A stretch of 64,000 nt of DNA from Malacoraja senta (GCA_038087875.1 CM075991.1:5270001-5334000), one strand, 5' to 3'; positions 12,700-24,491 are shown, counted from the first letter of the stretch. Notes: generated by a model not told the origin, from the letters alone. Numbers and translations are program-made.

Positions 12700-13765
12700 T
12701 TTAGTTTAGAGATACAGCGTGGAAATAGGCCCATCGGCCCACCGAGTCTGCGCCGACCAGTTCTATGTTATCCCAGTTTTGCATCCTCTACACTAGAGAT
12801 AATTAACAGTAGCCAATTAACCTACCATCCTGTACGTCTGTGGAATGTGGGAGGAAAACAGAGCACCCAGAGGAAAACCCACGCTGTCACAGGGAGAACA
12901 TGTAGACTCCACACTGCCAGCACCCCTAGTCAGGATCGACCACGGATCTCTGGCGCTGTGTAGATGTGATATGCATGTGCCTTTAACATAGTGACCTCAT
13001 ACCTACTAACCACTCCCCATATCACAAGTATATCTACAACCTCCCCACCCACAGACCCGCTGGCCGATTATCCCGACCGCTTTGATGATAAGCTAGGCAA
13101 ACTACCCTGCAGCTACAAGATTGTAGTGGACCATAAGATCGTTCCTGTGGTCCATGCTCCTCACCGTGTCTCCTTCGCCATGAGGGACAGAGTGGAGGCG
13201 ACCCTACACAGTATGGTACAAATGGGCGTCCTAAAGGCGGTCGTTGAGCCCACCAGCTGGGTCTCTTCCATGGTTGTTGCTGCTAAAAAGGCACATGCAT
13301 ATCACATCTACACGCTGTAAGGCAGTAACTCTACCCACAGAGTCCATGCTGACTAATGATCACCCATTCACCAGTTCTATCCCATACACACCAGCGACGA
13401 TTTACAGAAGCTGGTATTTTGATCTGGTATTTTGTTGGTTCACATGCTTGATCAATGGTGTTTTATCATTAATGTTTTATTATTATTAATGTTTAGTGTT
13501 TTCCGAGTCATTCGTAACAGTCACTGTATGTCATGTTGTTACTTGTGGGCGGAGCACCAAGGCAAATTCCTTGTATGTGAATACTTGGCCAATAAACTTA
13601 CTTACTTCCTGCACGACTTTAGAATGTGCGAAGAAACCGGAGCACCTGGAGAAACCCACACGGTCACAGGGAGAGTATACAAAGCCCATACAGACAGCAC
13701 CCATAGTCAGGATTGAACCTGGGTCTCTGGCGCTGTAAAGCAGCAACTATATCGCTGTGCCGCCC
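12700..13765 (-). mobile_element. Two tandem HE1-type SINEs, hosting the TIR/Gypsy insert and a LINE 3' UTR insert (13415-13607)
   Basis: SINE consensus resumes on both sides of each insert. Confidence 0.78.
12959..13312 (+). mobile_element. 354-bp TIR element (TGT...ACA) carrying a Ty3/Gypsy pol fragment; Ginger-like non-autonomous element
   Basis: Perfect 26-bp TIRs TGTAGATGTGATATGCATGTGCCTTT (12959-12984 / 13287-13312) and 5-bp TSD CGCTG (12954-12958 / 13313-13317), inserted in a SINE head. Internal frame ...LGKLPCSYKIVVDHKIVPVVHAPHRVSFAMRDRVEATLHSMVQMGVLKAVVEPTSWVSSMVVAAKK resembles the start of a Gypsy RT. Confidence 0.85.
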
Positions 13766-14249
13766 GTGTCTGATGGTATATTAACACATTGATGCCCCAT
13801 CGTTTTGCCCAGCGCTCTAGCTGGGGGACCATTTGACCCGGTGCCAACACACTGCAGTGTCGGGTATCAGTGACTTACTTCTGCGGGCAGCTGCTTGAAA
13901 GGTCTAACAGTGAAACACAAGCTGGGACAAGTTGGCTTTTTTCCCCCCTGACATCCTGAAATAAGCAGCAAGTGGACGGCCCAGCTGTAACCCAGAGCAG
14001 CTCACTCAGATCATTTACAACTCGATCAAACTCTTCAGCTACCTCTGCCCTTTGAATTTGCGTAAAGCTAAGATTCTTCCCGCTCCCTCCCTCGTGGCAG
14101 GTTACAGGTGACCTCCGCACTGCAGTAGTTCAGGTAACAAACTTACCCTCACTAATGTGGCAAGTCAATACCAAATAAATATCTGAGATATGGAATGGAA
14201 ATTTGCTCTCTCAGAATGAGTGTCAATTTTTAATCTTGCTTTCAGCTTC

Positions 14250-14645
14250 ATTTAGACTTTAGAGATACACCGTGGAAGCAAGCCCTTCGGCCCATCGAGT
14301 CCGCGCCGACCAGTGATCACTCCGTACCTAGGACTATCCTACACACTAGGGACAATTTACAATTTACAGAAGCCAATTAACCTTCCAAACCTGTAGGAAG
14401 GAATTGCAGATGCTAGTTTATACCAAAGATAGACACAAAGTGATGGTGTAACTCAGCGGGTCCATCACCCACCCTTTTTTCTACAGAGATGCTGCCTGAC
14501 CCGCTAAGTTACTCTAGCACTTTGTGTCCAACCAAGAAACCTGCACGTCTTTGGAGTGTGGGAAGAAACAGGAGCACCCCGAGAAAATCCACGCTTTCAC
14601 AAGGAGAACATACAAACTCCGTACAGACAGTATCCATAGTCAGGA
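14250..14645 (-). mobile_element. HE1-type SINE with nested Penelope-derived fold-back (about 14394-14537)
   Basis: Insert flanked by an AAACCTG repeat. Confidence 0.75.
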
Positions 14646-14782
14646 TAGCCTGTTTCCCTGCTCCGTGACACTAAGTGGGGAAGCTGAAATTTCAAGGTGC
14701 ACAGAAAAGTCAACACAAGAAATAAGGGACAAGTAACTGCAGATGCTGGTATACAAAAAAATCACAAAGTGCTGACATACTG

Positions 14783-15083
14783 TGAGCCACAAGGGCCACA
14801 GTTTAAGAATAAGGAGTAAGCCATTTAGAACGGAGACGAGAAAACACTTTTTCTCAGTGTGGTGAGTCCGTGGAATTCTCTGCTTCAGAGGGCGGTGGAG
14901 GCAGGTTCCCTGGATGCTTTCGAGAGCTAGATAGGGCTCTTAAAAATAGCGGAGTCAGGGGATATGGGGAGAAGGCAGGAACGGGGTACTGATTGCGGAT
15001 GATCAGCCATGATCACATTGAATGGCGGTGCTGGCTCGAAGGGCCAAATGGCCTACTCCTGCACCTATTGTCTATTGTCTATT
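14783..15083 (+). mobile_element. CR1 3' fragment (young, (ATTGTCT)n tail)
   Basis: Nearly identical to the copies at 25443-25729, 41944-42224 and 61268-61655. Confidence 0.88.
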
Positions 15084-16208
15084 GTGACTCAGTGGGTCAG
15101 GCAGCATCTGTGGAGAACATGGATGGATGGCGATTCTGACAAGAAATAAGTTAGTAAAGATCGAGTATCATGTATCTACACTGGAAGGCTTGACTGTAAT
15201 CATGTATTGTCTTTCTGCCGACTGGTTAGCTCGCAACAAAAACTTTTCACTGTACCTCAGTACATGTGGCAATAAACTAAACAGAACTGAACTGAGTATG
15301 AACACGAAACATTAATTTAGAACATTTTTAGTAGCAGAACATTGTCAGCATTCCAGCTAAATTGTTGGCACACAAAGTATAGAAGATATCAGGTTTGACC
15401 TAATCTGGAAAGAAAGGTTAAAGAGAGGCATTTGACTCATGTTAAGGGTCTTGGCATGCATCATAAAGGGAAGAGGTTCCGTTTGCTCGAATATGTTTGT
15501 GTGCCAAGACCTTCAGGTGAATCAGAGATGAGAATGTACATAGGAGTGATTGTGGACACAAGGTCAGAAGGAATAGGAGTAAAATTATTTGCTCTTTTCA
15601 GTCATGGCTTTGACTCTTCAACTTTAAGACTCACCTTGACTTTATTGAAGGTACAACATTCTTTTTGGTTTGGTGTCTTCATAAGGTCATAAGTGACAGG
15701 AGCAGAATTAGGCCATTCAGCCCATCAAGTCTAACTCTGCCATTCAATCATGGCTGATCTATCCCCCATTCTCCTGCCTCCTCACCATAACCCCTGACAT
15801 CTGTACTAATCAAGAATCTATTTATCTCTGCCTTAAAAATATCCATTGACTTAGCCTCCACACCCTTCTGTAGCAAAGAATTCCACAGATTCACCACCCC
15901 GACTAAAGAAATTTCTCCTCCTCTCCTTCCGAAAAGAACGACATCTGAGAATTTTGCAAGTGGAAAGACTGCGGGGGATTCAGGAAGCTTGAGCAGTTCA
16001 CAGGACACCCACATCAGTACAGGTGTCAGGGGTTATGGGGAGAAGGCAGGAGAATGGGATTAGAAGGGAGAGATAGATCAGCCTTGATTGAATGGCGGAG
16101 TAGACTTGATGGGACGAATGGCCTAATTCTGCTCCCATCACTTATGACCTTATGAAGATACCAAACCAAAATGAAAGTTGTACTTTCAATAAAGTCAATG
16201 ATATCTTC

Positions 16209-16244
16209 AGGTCTGAAGAAGGGTCTCGACCCGAAACGTCGCCT
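16209..16244 (+). ncRNA. Minimal type-I hammerhead ribozyme motif (Penelope-associated); representative copy
   Basis: AGGT-CTGAAGA-A-GGGTCTCGACCC-GAAAC-GTC-GCCT: CUGANGA and GAAA core, palindromic stem II, minimal stem III, GUC cleavage triplet, 4-bp stem I. Activity not shown. Confidence 0.6.
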
Positions 16245-17113
16245 ATTCCTTCGCTCCATTGATGCTGCCTCACCCGCTGAGTTTCTCCAGGTTTTTTGTC
16301 TACCTTCGATTTTTCCAGCATCTGCAGTTCTTTCTTAAACAAAGTGCAAAGGGAGGCGACGATTAAAATTTGTAAATATGTTTATTATTTCCCAACGCAC
16401 AGACAGCGCACGTAAATATATGGTTGTCATTGGGGAAGTATTATATCACCTTTGCATTCTGCGTACGTGGGTGATTGAATACAAACATTTGGATGAAAGA
16501 ATCATCAGGTTTGAGCTACTCGGGTCTAGCTCTATACATTCTGCGTGGTACTGCATTACAATAGAAGTCTAGGAGGACAAATCCAAGCTTCCATTTGTAT
16601 CATTCCTTTCATAATGTCATGACTAAAGCACTTGGCCTAACTCTGATGTGAAATCGATGTTACACAGAAAGAATTGTCCAGCATTTAAGAGAAAGCTAGG
16701 AAGGAACTGGGGGATTTTAATTATGAGGGGGGATTGGATATGTTGAGTTTGTTATCCTTAGAGTGAGAGGTAAATATGTTTATGAGACATCAACAGGGTA
16801 TATAATCAGTAATTTTCCATGGCGAGGTAATCTAAAAAAGCCCATAGGCTTAAGGCAAGAGAATTTTTTTTTTTTTTAAAGTGCGGTTGATGTCTACAAT
16901 CCAGAAGGGATGTTGATCATCAGATAGCTTTGACTTCATTCATCCACACTTACTGTGCTTCAGTATGGGACTCATGCATTTTGAAGACTTTGACAGTACA
17001 TGTACTAAAGTGTGGTTAGAGTTTGCAGTACAATGTGTGTTCACAGCTCAGCTGAAGGCAACGTAATCCAAAGAAACAGTCTGAAGAAGGGGCCAGACCC
17101 ATAATGTCATCTG

Positions 17114-17320
17114 AAGGTACACAAAAATGCTGGAGAAACTCAGCGGGTGCAGCAGCATCTATGGAGCGAAGGAAATAGGTAACGTTTCGGGCCGAAACCC
17201 TTCTTCGGCCCGAAACGTTACCTATTTCCTTCGCTCCATAGATGCTGCTGCACCCGCTGAGTTTCTCCAGCATTTTTGTGTACCTTCGATTTTCCAGCAT
17301 CTGCAGTTCCTTCTTTAACA
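17114..17320. mobile_element. Penelope-derived fold-back element with perfect 84-bp inverted repeat
   Basis: Arms 17113-17196 / 17204-17287 with a 7-nt loop; 15-bp TSD CCATAATGTCATCTG (17099-17113 / 17321-17335). The arm sequence matches the 3' region of the Penelope copy at 52764-52885. Confidence 0.88.
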
Positions 17321-17580
17321 CCATAATGTCATCTGTTCGTTTTCCTCCTCAGATGCTGCCTGACCGGCTGAGTTCCCGAGTTTGCTTTTTGCTGACGATT
17401 CCAGCATCCGCAGACTCTTGTATCTGCAACATAATCTCCATAAGATTGTCCTACTCTATGTGTTTTGGGCTTCAAAGCGATCAGTGTTTAGTTGAGCTTA
17501 GTTGATTATCATCACATGTACTGAGGTATAGTGAAAAGCTTTTGATTGCATGCTATCCAGTCAAAGACTACACAGGATTA

Positions 17581-17730
17581 AGGGCCTGTCGACTTATGCG
17601 ACCTTTACAGGCGACTGCCCGCACCCGTGATAGGTTGCCGAAATTTTCAACATGTTGAAAATTCAGCGGCGACCAGAAAGACTCTGGAGACCTCTCACGA
17701 CCATAGGAGACCTCTCACGACCATACAGGC
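17581..17730. mobile_element. Partial PIF/Harbinger-type MITE
   Basis: TTA|AGGGCCTGTC left end, the same TTTTCAACATGTTGAAAA palindrome and a 20-bp tandem duplication; right TIR missing. Confidence 0.6.
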
Positions 17731-18119
17731 TGCACAGATACAGGATACAACATTTAGTTCAAGGTAAAGCCTGATAAAGTCCCATTAAAGACAGTTCAAA
17801 AGTCTCCAATGAGGTTGATGGGAGGTCAGGTCAGTTCACACTAGCACAAGATACCGTTCTAATTTATCTGACATTTCCTCCACCTGACCCTTCATCCCCC
17901 ACCCTCTGGTCTGGGTTTATAGTGAATCAGCACGGCATTTGCATTAATGCATCTACAAGCTTTGTGCCACGAACGACCTGCACACGAACCTTAAACACCC
18001 TATCGCTTCAGAAATGCTTTTACATGAATTATTTTTCTAATTTGTCTTCCACTCCCTTCCGAGTAGAAATGTTTTGCCAGTGCAGTGAGTTATTTCATTG
18101 ATTAACCAGTTATTTAATA

Positions 18120-18415
18120 GGGGCGCAACGGTAGAGTTGCTGCCTTACAGCGCCATAGACCCGGGTTCAATCCTGACAACGGGTGCTGTCTGTACGGAGT
18201 TTGTACTGTGATCCCTGTGATCGCGTGAGTTTTCCCAGGATGCTCCGGTTTCTTCCCGCGCTCCATATACGTACAGTTTGTAGGTCGATTGGCTTTGTAA
18301 AAGTTTCATTTGTCCTTAGTGTGTAGGATTGTGCTAGTCCACAGGGTGATCGCTGGTCGGCGCAGATTCTGTGGGCCGAAGGGCCTGTTTTTACGCTGTA
18401 TCTCTAGAGTCTAAC
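18120..18415 (+). mobile_element. HE1-type SINE
   Basis: Consensus head, central domain and tail. Confidence 0.85.
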
Positions 18416-18861
18416 TTGGCCTTGTGTGCATTGAGGAAAATGATATATTCGCTCATTCCCAATGTCTCAGCATTCTTTCAGAATACATTTTCAATAGAGA
18501 TTTGTCAATACTCCTGGCATCGGCTTAGTTATTAACTATTATATTATCTTGCCTTCAGTGAGGTGGCTACAATATAAAATTATGCTCCTTGTGCTCAGCA
18601 ATTACATTACGCGAGCCTGTTCTGCGTTTTTAGTGAGCATTTGCTTGACGGGCACCACTTTAGCTTACAGTCTTTACTCCAACTTTGCACGCTGGCCTTT
18701 CTACAGTGAATGCGTTTAAATGCCTGGGTCTGACACTTATGGTGAATGACACCCAAGATGGTTGCACCTGTCAACTCAGATTGTGCTTGCATAGCACGGG
18801 CTTGCTACTGGAACTTATCCTTTGGTCGTACCAGTGAACCTAAAGCGTATGGAGTGTCACC

Positions 18862-19160
18862 GAGGTGTGGCGCAGCATTAGAGTTGCCGCCGTACAGCGC
18901 CCGAGTCCCAGGTTCGATCCTGACTATGGGTGCTGTCTGTATGGAGTTTGTACATCCTCTTCTTGACTTGCGTGGGTTTTCTTCTGCATCTCTGGTTTTC
19001 TTCCCCAGTCCAAAGACGTATAGGTTTGTTGGTTAATTGGCTTGGTATCATTGGAAATTGACCTAGTGTGTGTAGGATAGTGTTAGTGTGCAGGGATCGC
19101 TGGTTGGCGGGGACTTGGTGGGTCGAAGGGCCTGTTTCCGCACTGTATCTCTAAACTAAA
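18862..19160 (+). mobile_element. HE1-type SINE
   Basis: Consensus head, central domain and tail. Confidence 0.85.
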
Positions 19161-21609
19161 CAGCAAAGCACAGGTACAGGCCACTTCAGCCCACTATAAC
19201 CATGTGACCATATGCTGACATGTCACCATATCCTTACCTCCATGGGTCTACCCAAAGCCTCTTCAATGCCCCTATCATATCTACTCCATCACCACCCCAG
19301 GCAATGCATTCCAGGCATCCACCATTCTCTGTGTAGAGATATTTGCCTTGCACATCTCCTTTAGACTTTGCCCTCATCACCTTAAAGCTCTGCCATCTAA
19401 GACCATTTGTCAAAGATAGACACTAAGCACTGGAGCAATTCAGTGGGTCAGGCAGCATCTCTGGAGAAAAAGTTGATTTGTATGGGTGTCAGGGGTTATG
19501 GGGAGAAGGCAGGAGAATGGGCTGAGAGGGAAAGATAGATCAGCCATGATTGAATGGCAGATTAGACCTGATGGCTGAACGGACTGATCGGCATCTCTGG
19601 AGAAAAATAATAGGTAATGTTTTGGGTTGAGACACTTCTTCAGACTGAAGAGTGGTCTCGATCCGAAACATCACCTATTCCTTTTCTTCAGAGATGCTGC
19701 CTGCCTGACCCATTGAGTTAGTCCAGCGTTTTGAGTCTATGATCTTTACTGAGTTTAGCACCAAAAAGCTCCAACCCAAGGCCGCAAATGTAAACAGAGC
19801 AAGCGAGCGAGCGAGCGGAGGGTGCCAATCCTTGGGCAGGTACCAAACACAAACACACCAGTCCTGGGGTAACAACACACAGCTAGAGTAGCACAATCAC
19901 GTCAAGTCAAGCAAATAATGAAGTGCAAAGTTGTTCAGCTGTGTGGAGAATTAATTGATAACAATGGGCAGAACAAAATGCAATCAGCGTTAAACAGTGA
20001 AACACAACATGCTGGAGGAGCTCTGCGGGTCAGGCAGCATCCTTTAGACCTTACTTTAGAGATACAGCGCCGAAACAGGCCCTTCGGCCCATAACAACAG
20101 TACCGAAGAGGGATCGGCATTAGTTCTATCCCTGCACGCTTGGGGACAATTTACAGAAGCCAATTAATCTACAAACCTGCACGTCTTTGGAGCGTGGGGG
20201 GGGGGAACCGGAGCACCCGGAAACAACCCACGCGGTCACGGGGAGAGAGTACAGACACCGTGGTCTCTGGCGCTGTAAAAAAAAAAGACAGCAACTCTAC
20301 CGCTGCGCCACCATCTGCAGGGGGAATGGACAGGGACATGGCGAAATAAACAGGGGACAGAGCCGGGGGGGGGGGGGGGGGCACACAGAGGGTCTCTCAG
20401 AACTCCTAACAATAAACTTAGGGTCACTGAGACCTTTAACGGGACGTGTACAGATAAATAATTTAATTCTAAATGGGAGGAGTCCATTCGTCCCATCAAA
20501 TCCATACTGGGCCTTGGTGGAGCAATCCCCAATCAGTCGCATCCCACCACTCTTCTCTCCATGACTTTTTAAACCATCTTCCCTCGAGTGCCCCCTTCCC
20601 CTCCACCCCCCAAGTCCAGAGTCTACCCTCTCTGGGCCTTTACTTCCAGTCCGGCTGTTTACTGGCATAAACTGTTTACACCTTTGACCAAGTATACCTA
20701 TCCAAGTGCAAATGTCTCGGCTGATTCCTGTTGAAATAAGGGGGCTCGGGACATCCCGACGCCCAGCGACTGCAGTGTAAGATAACAGTGTTTTCCAAAG
20801 CAAAACACAAAGTGTTGGAGGAACTCAGCGGTTCGGGCAACGTGTGTGGGAGGCGAATTGGCAAGCGACGTTTCTGCTCGGGACCCTTCCGAAAGGTCGC
20901 CCATCCATTCCCCCCACAGATGCTGCCCGAGCCGCCGAGTCACTCCAGCACTTCGCATTTTGCTCAAGAATCAGAGTGCACCTTAAATGATCATACCTCT
21001 CTTCATAGTCCTATTGCGATAAAATTCTTCTCCAAATGCATATCTGGCAGGCTCCTCCGCTGAGCTTCCTCTGCAAGGGTCATTTTACAGTGTCGCACCT
21101 TGCACACATTGAATCCTTGCACCAGTTTCCATTGTCACGTCCGGAGCAGCATCTTTCCAAAGGCAGAGTGTAGAAAAGTTGTTCTTACACCCTGTCCTGG
21201 TTTGCCGCGTTCGCAGGCGCTGAGATTTCCAACTCTAGGGGAAAGCTAGGAATCCCTGCAGCAGAATCTCTTTAACACACACACACACACTTGCCCGACA
21301 GACTGCCCAGCCTCCTCATTACACATTCAGCCCTGCAGAAACACCAGCATCGATTGGCTCTTGGGCTGAGCAGAGCCTTTCTCTGTTAAAGGGACACTTT
21401 CAGTGGCCGCTGCACCGACCAAATCCCGTGCAGACAAAAAAATAACCTCTGCACAAAACGACACACAGTGCTGGAGTAACTCAGCTGGATCAGGCAGCAT
21501 CTCTGGAGGACATGGATCGGTGATAGGGTCAAGATTTCTGCACACTTACACTCTATCCCTTTCTGAATTTGTGTCCAATTTCACTTCTGGTTAAACTCGC
21601 TGGCGTTTG

Positions 21610-22013
21610 GAAGAATGAGGGGGGGACCTCATTGAAACATACAGAATTAGTGAAAGGCTCGGGTAGAATGGATGTGGAGAGGATAAAATTGTTTCCATTA
21701 GTGGGAGAGTCAAGGACTAGAGGCCATAGCCTGAGAATTAAAGGCGTTCTTTTAGGAAGTGGATGAGGAGAAATTTCTTTAGTCAGAGGGTGGTGAATCT
21801 GTGGAATCCTTTGCCACAGATGGCTGTAGAGGTCAAGTCAGTGAATATTTTGAAGGCAGAGATAGATTGTTTCTTGATTAGTACAGGTGTCAGAGGTTAT
21901 GGGGAGAAGGCCAGGAGAATGGGGTTAGGGGGGAGAGATAGATCAGATATGATTGAATGGTGGAGGAGACTTTATGGGCCGAATGGCCTAATTGTACTCC
22001 TATTCGTTATGAC
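21610..22013 (+). mobile_element. CR1 3' fragment
   Basis: [33 protein letters not shown]. Confidence 0.88.
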
Positions 22014-22809
22014 CTCAGTGTTAAAATAAGTTTAGGTTTCGATCAAGTGCTGGAGTAACTCAGCGGGCCAGGCAGCATCTCTGGAGAAAATGAACAGGTG
22101 ATGTTTCGGGTGGAGAATTCTTCAGACTCAGAGTCAGGGGAGAGCGAACCGAGAGATATGAAAAGGTACAGCACAAATTAATGAAAGATTATGCAAAAAA
22201 AAATCAAAGCCAGCTCGGGAACATGGATAGGTGACATTTTGGGTCAAGACCCTACTTCATGCTGTAGAAACAAAGAACTGCAGATGCTGGAAAAATCGAA
22301 GGTAGACAAAAAAGCTGGAGAAACTCAACGAGTCAGGCAGCATTTCTGGAGAAAAAAGAATAGGTGACGTTTTGGATCGGGACCCTTCATACTGCTAGGT
22401 TTAGGTTTATTTATTGTCAAATGTACAGAGGTGCAGTGAAAGCTTTGTTTTGCATGCTATACCCAACTAATCACATATACCATCCATAAATACAATCAAG
22501 TCAAACTCGAGTACAATAGGTAGAGCAAAGGGGAAGATACGGAGTGCAGAATATAGTTCTCAACGTTGTAGCTCACTAGTTGCTTGGATCTGTTTGGTTT
22601 TAATGTTAATAATGAAACAGATTTAACTTTTTTGCATTGAGTTGGCAAATGTTCTTGTTCAGATGGTTTCAGGCATGGGATTGCTGTGGGATTACAGAGG
22701 GTTCAGGGTGTGAAGGATTTTGAAAACTGACTTTGCTGTGACACAGGAAACACGGTGACTGATTTGTGCACAGAAATCTCCCATGACAATCAGTGTTTTG
22801 CTGAGGTTG

Positions 22810-23115
22810 TAGCTGGGTTCTTGGAGTACTGGGAGCGGTGTTGGGTCGCCCTGCTGTAGGAAGGACATCATTAAGCTGGAAAGAGAGCAGAGAAGATTTA
22901 CAAGGATACTGCCAGGACTCAAGTGCCTGAGCTATAGGGAGAGGTCAGGCAGGCTACAACTTTATTCCTTGGAGCGCAGCAGGCTAGGGGGTGATCTTAT
23001 AGAGGCGTATAAAACCATGTAGGGAATAGATAAGGTGAATACACAAGGTCTTTTATCCAGGTTCAGGGAATCAAAAACATGACTTTGGTTTAAAGTTTTG
23101 GGGGACAAGATTTAA
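22810..23115 (+). mobile_element. CR1 ORF2 fragment
   Basis: Degenerate KDIIKLER..RRFTRILPGL...GDLIEAYK. Confidence 0.8.
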
Positions 23116-23196
23116 AATCAACGGAATCAATGGATGTAGAAAGGATGTTTCCACTGGTGCAGAGAGTCTAGGACTAGAGGTCATAGCCTCAGAATT

Positions 23197-24491
23197 AAGT
23201 CAAGTCAAGTCAAGTGAGTTTATTGTCATGTGTCCCTGATAGGCATTGACTACAAAACAGATCAGTGTGTCCATATACCATAATATAAATATATACACAC
23301 ATGAATAAATAAACTGATCAAGTGCAGATAACAGAAAATCGGTTATTAATAATCGGAGTTTTGTCCGAGCCAGGTTTAATAGCCTGATGGCTGTGGGGAA
23401 GTAGCTATTCCTGAACCTGGTTGTTGCAGTCTTCAGGCTCCTGTACCTTCCACCTGAAGGTAGCAGGGAGATGAGTGTGTGGCCAGGATGGTGTGGGTCT
23501 TTGATGATACTGCCAGCCTTTTTGAGGCAGCGACTGCGATAAATCCCCTCGATGGAAGGGAGGTCAGAGCCGATGATGGACTGGGCAGTGTTTACTACTT
23601 TTTGTAGTCTTTTCCTCTCCAGGGCGCTCAAGTTGCCGAACCAAGCCACGATGCAACCGGTCAGCATGCTCTCTACTGTGCACCTGTAGAAGTTAGAGAG
23701 AGTCCTCCTTGACAAACCAACTCTCGTAATCTTCTCAGGAAGTAGAGGCGCTGATGAGATTTCTTGATAATTGCATTAGTGTTCTCGGACCAGGAAAGAT
23801 CTTCAGAGATGTGCACCCCCAGAATTTGAAGCTCTTGACCCTTTCAACCATCGACCCATTGATATAAATGGGACTGTGGGTCCCCATCCTACTCCTTCCG
23901 AAGTCCACAATCAGTTCCTTGGTTTTGCTGGTGTTGAGGGCCAGGTTATTGTGCTGGCACCATATGGATAGTTGCTCGATCTCTCTTCTATACTCTGACT
24001 CACCCCCATCAGTGATACGTCCCACCACAGTGGTGTCGTCAGCGAACTTGATGATGGAGTTCACACTGTGACCGGCTACGCAGTCATGAGTATAGAGTGA
24101 GTACAGCAGGGGGCTGAGCATGCAGCCTTGAGGTGCTCCTGTGCTGATTGTTATCGAGGCTGACACATTTCCACCAATACGAACAGACTGTGGTCTGTGA
24201 ATGAGGAAGTCGAGGATCCAATTGCAGAGGGATGCGCAGAGACCCAGTTCTGCGAGTTTGGTAACCAGCTTGGAGGGGATGATTGTGTTAAATGCCGAGC
24301 TGTAATCGATGAATAACAGCCTGACATATGAGTTTTTGTTGTCCAAGTGGTCCAGAGCAGAGTGGAGGCCAAGCGAGATCGCATCCACCGTTGATCTGTT
24401 GTGGCGGTAAACGAACTGCAGTGGGTCCAGGTTTTTGTCAAGGTAGGAGTTGATTTGCTCCATGATCAACCTCTCAAAGCACTTCATCACC
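23197..24491 (-). mobile_element. Rex1/Babar-type LINE, 5'-truncated, RT domain with frameshifts
   Basis: ORFs 23735-24490 ([51 protein letters not shown]) and 23200-23715 (FYRCTVES, HPGH, LLPSGGRYRS); (GACTT)n tail; interrupts a CR1 copy. Confidence 0.92.
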
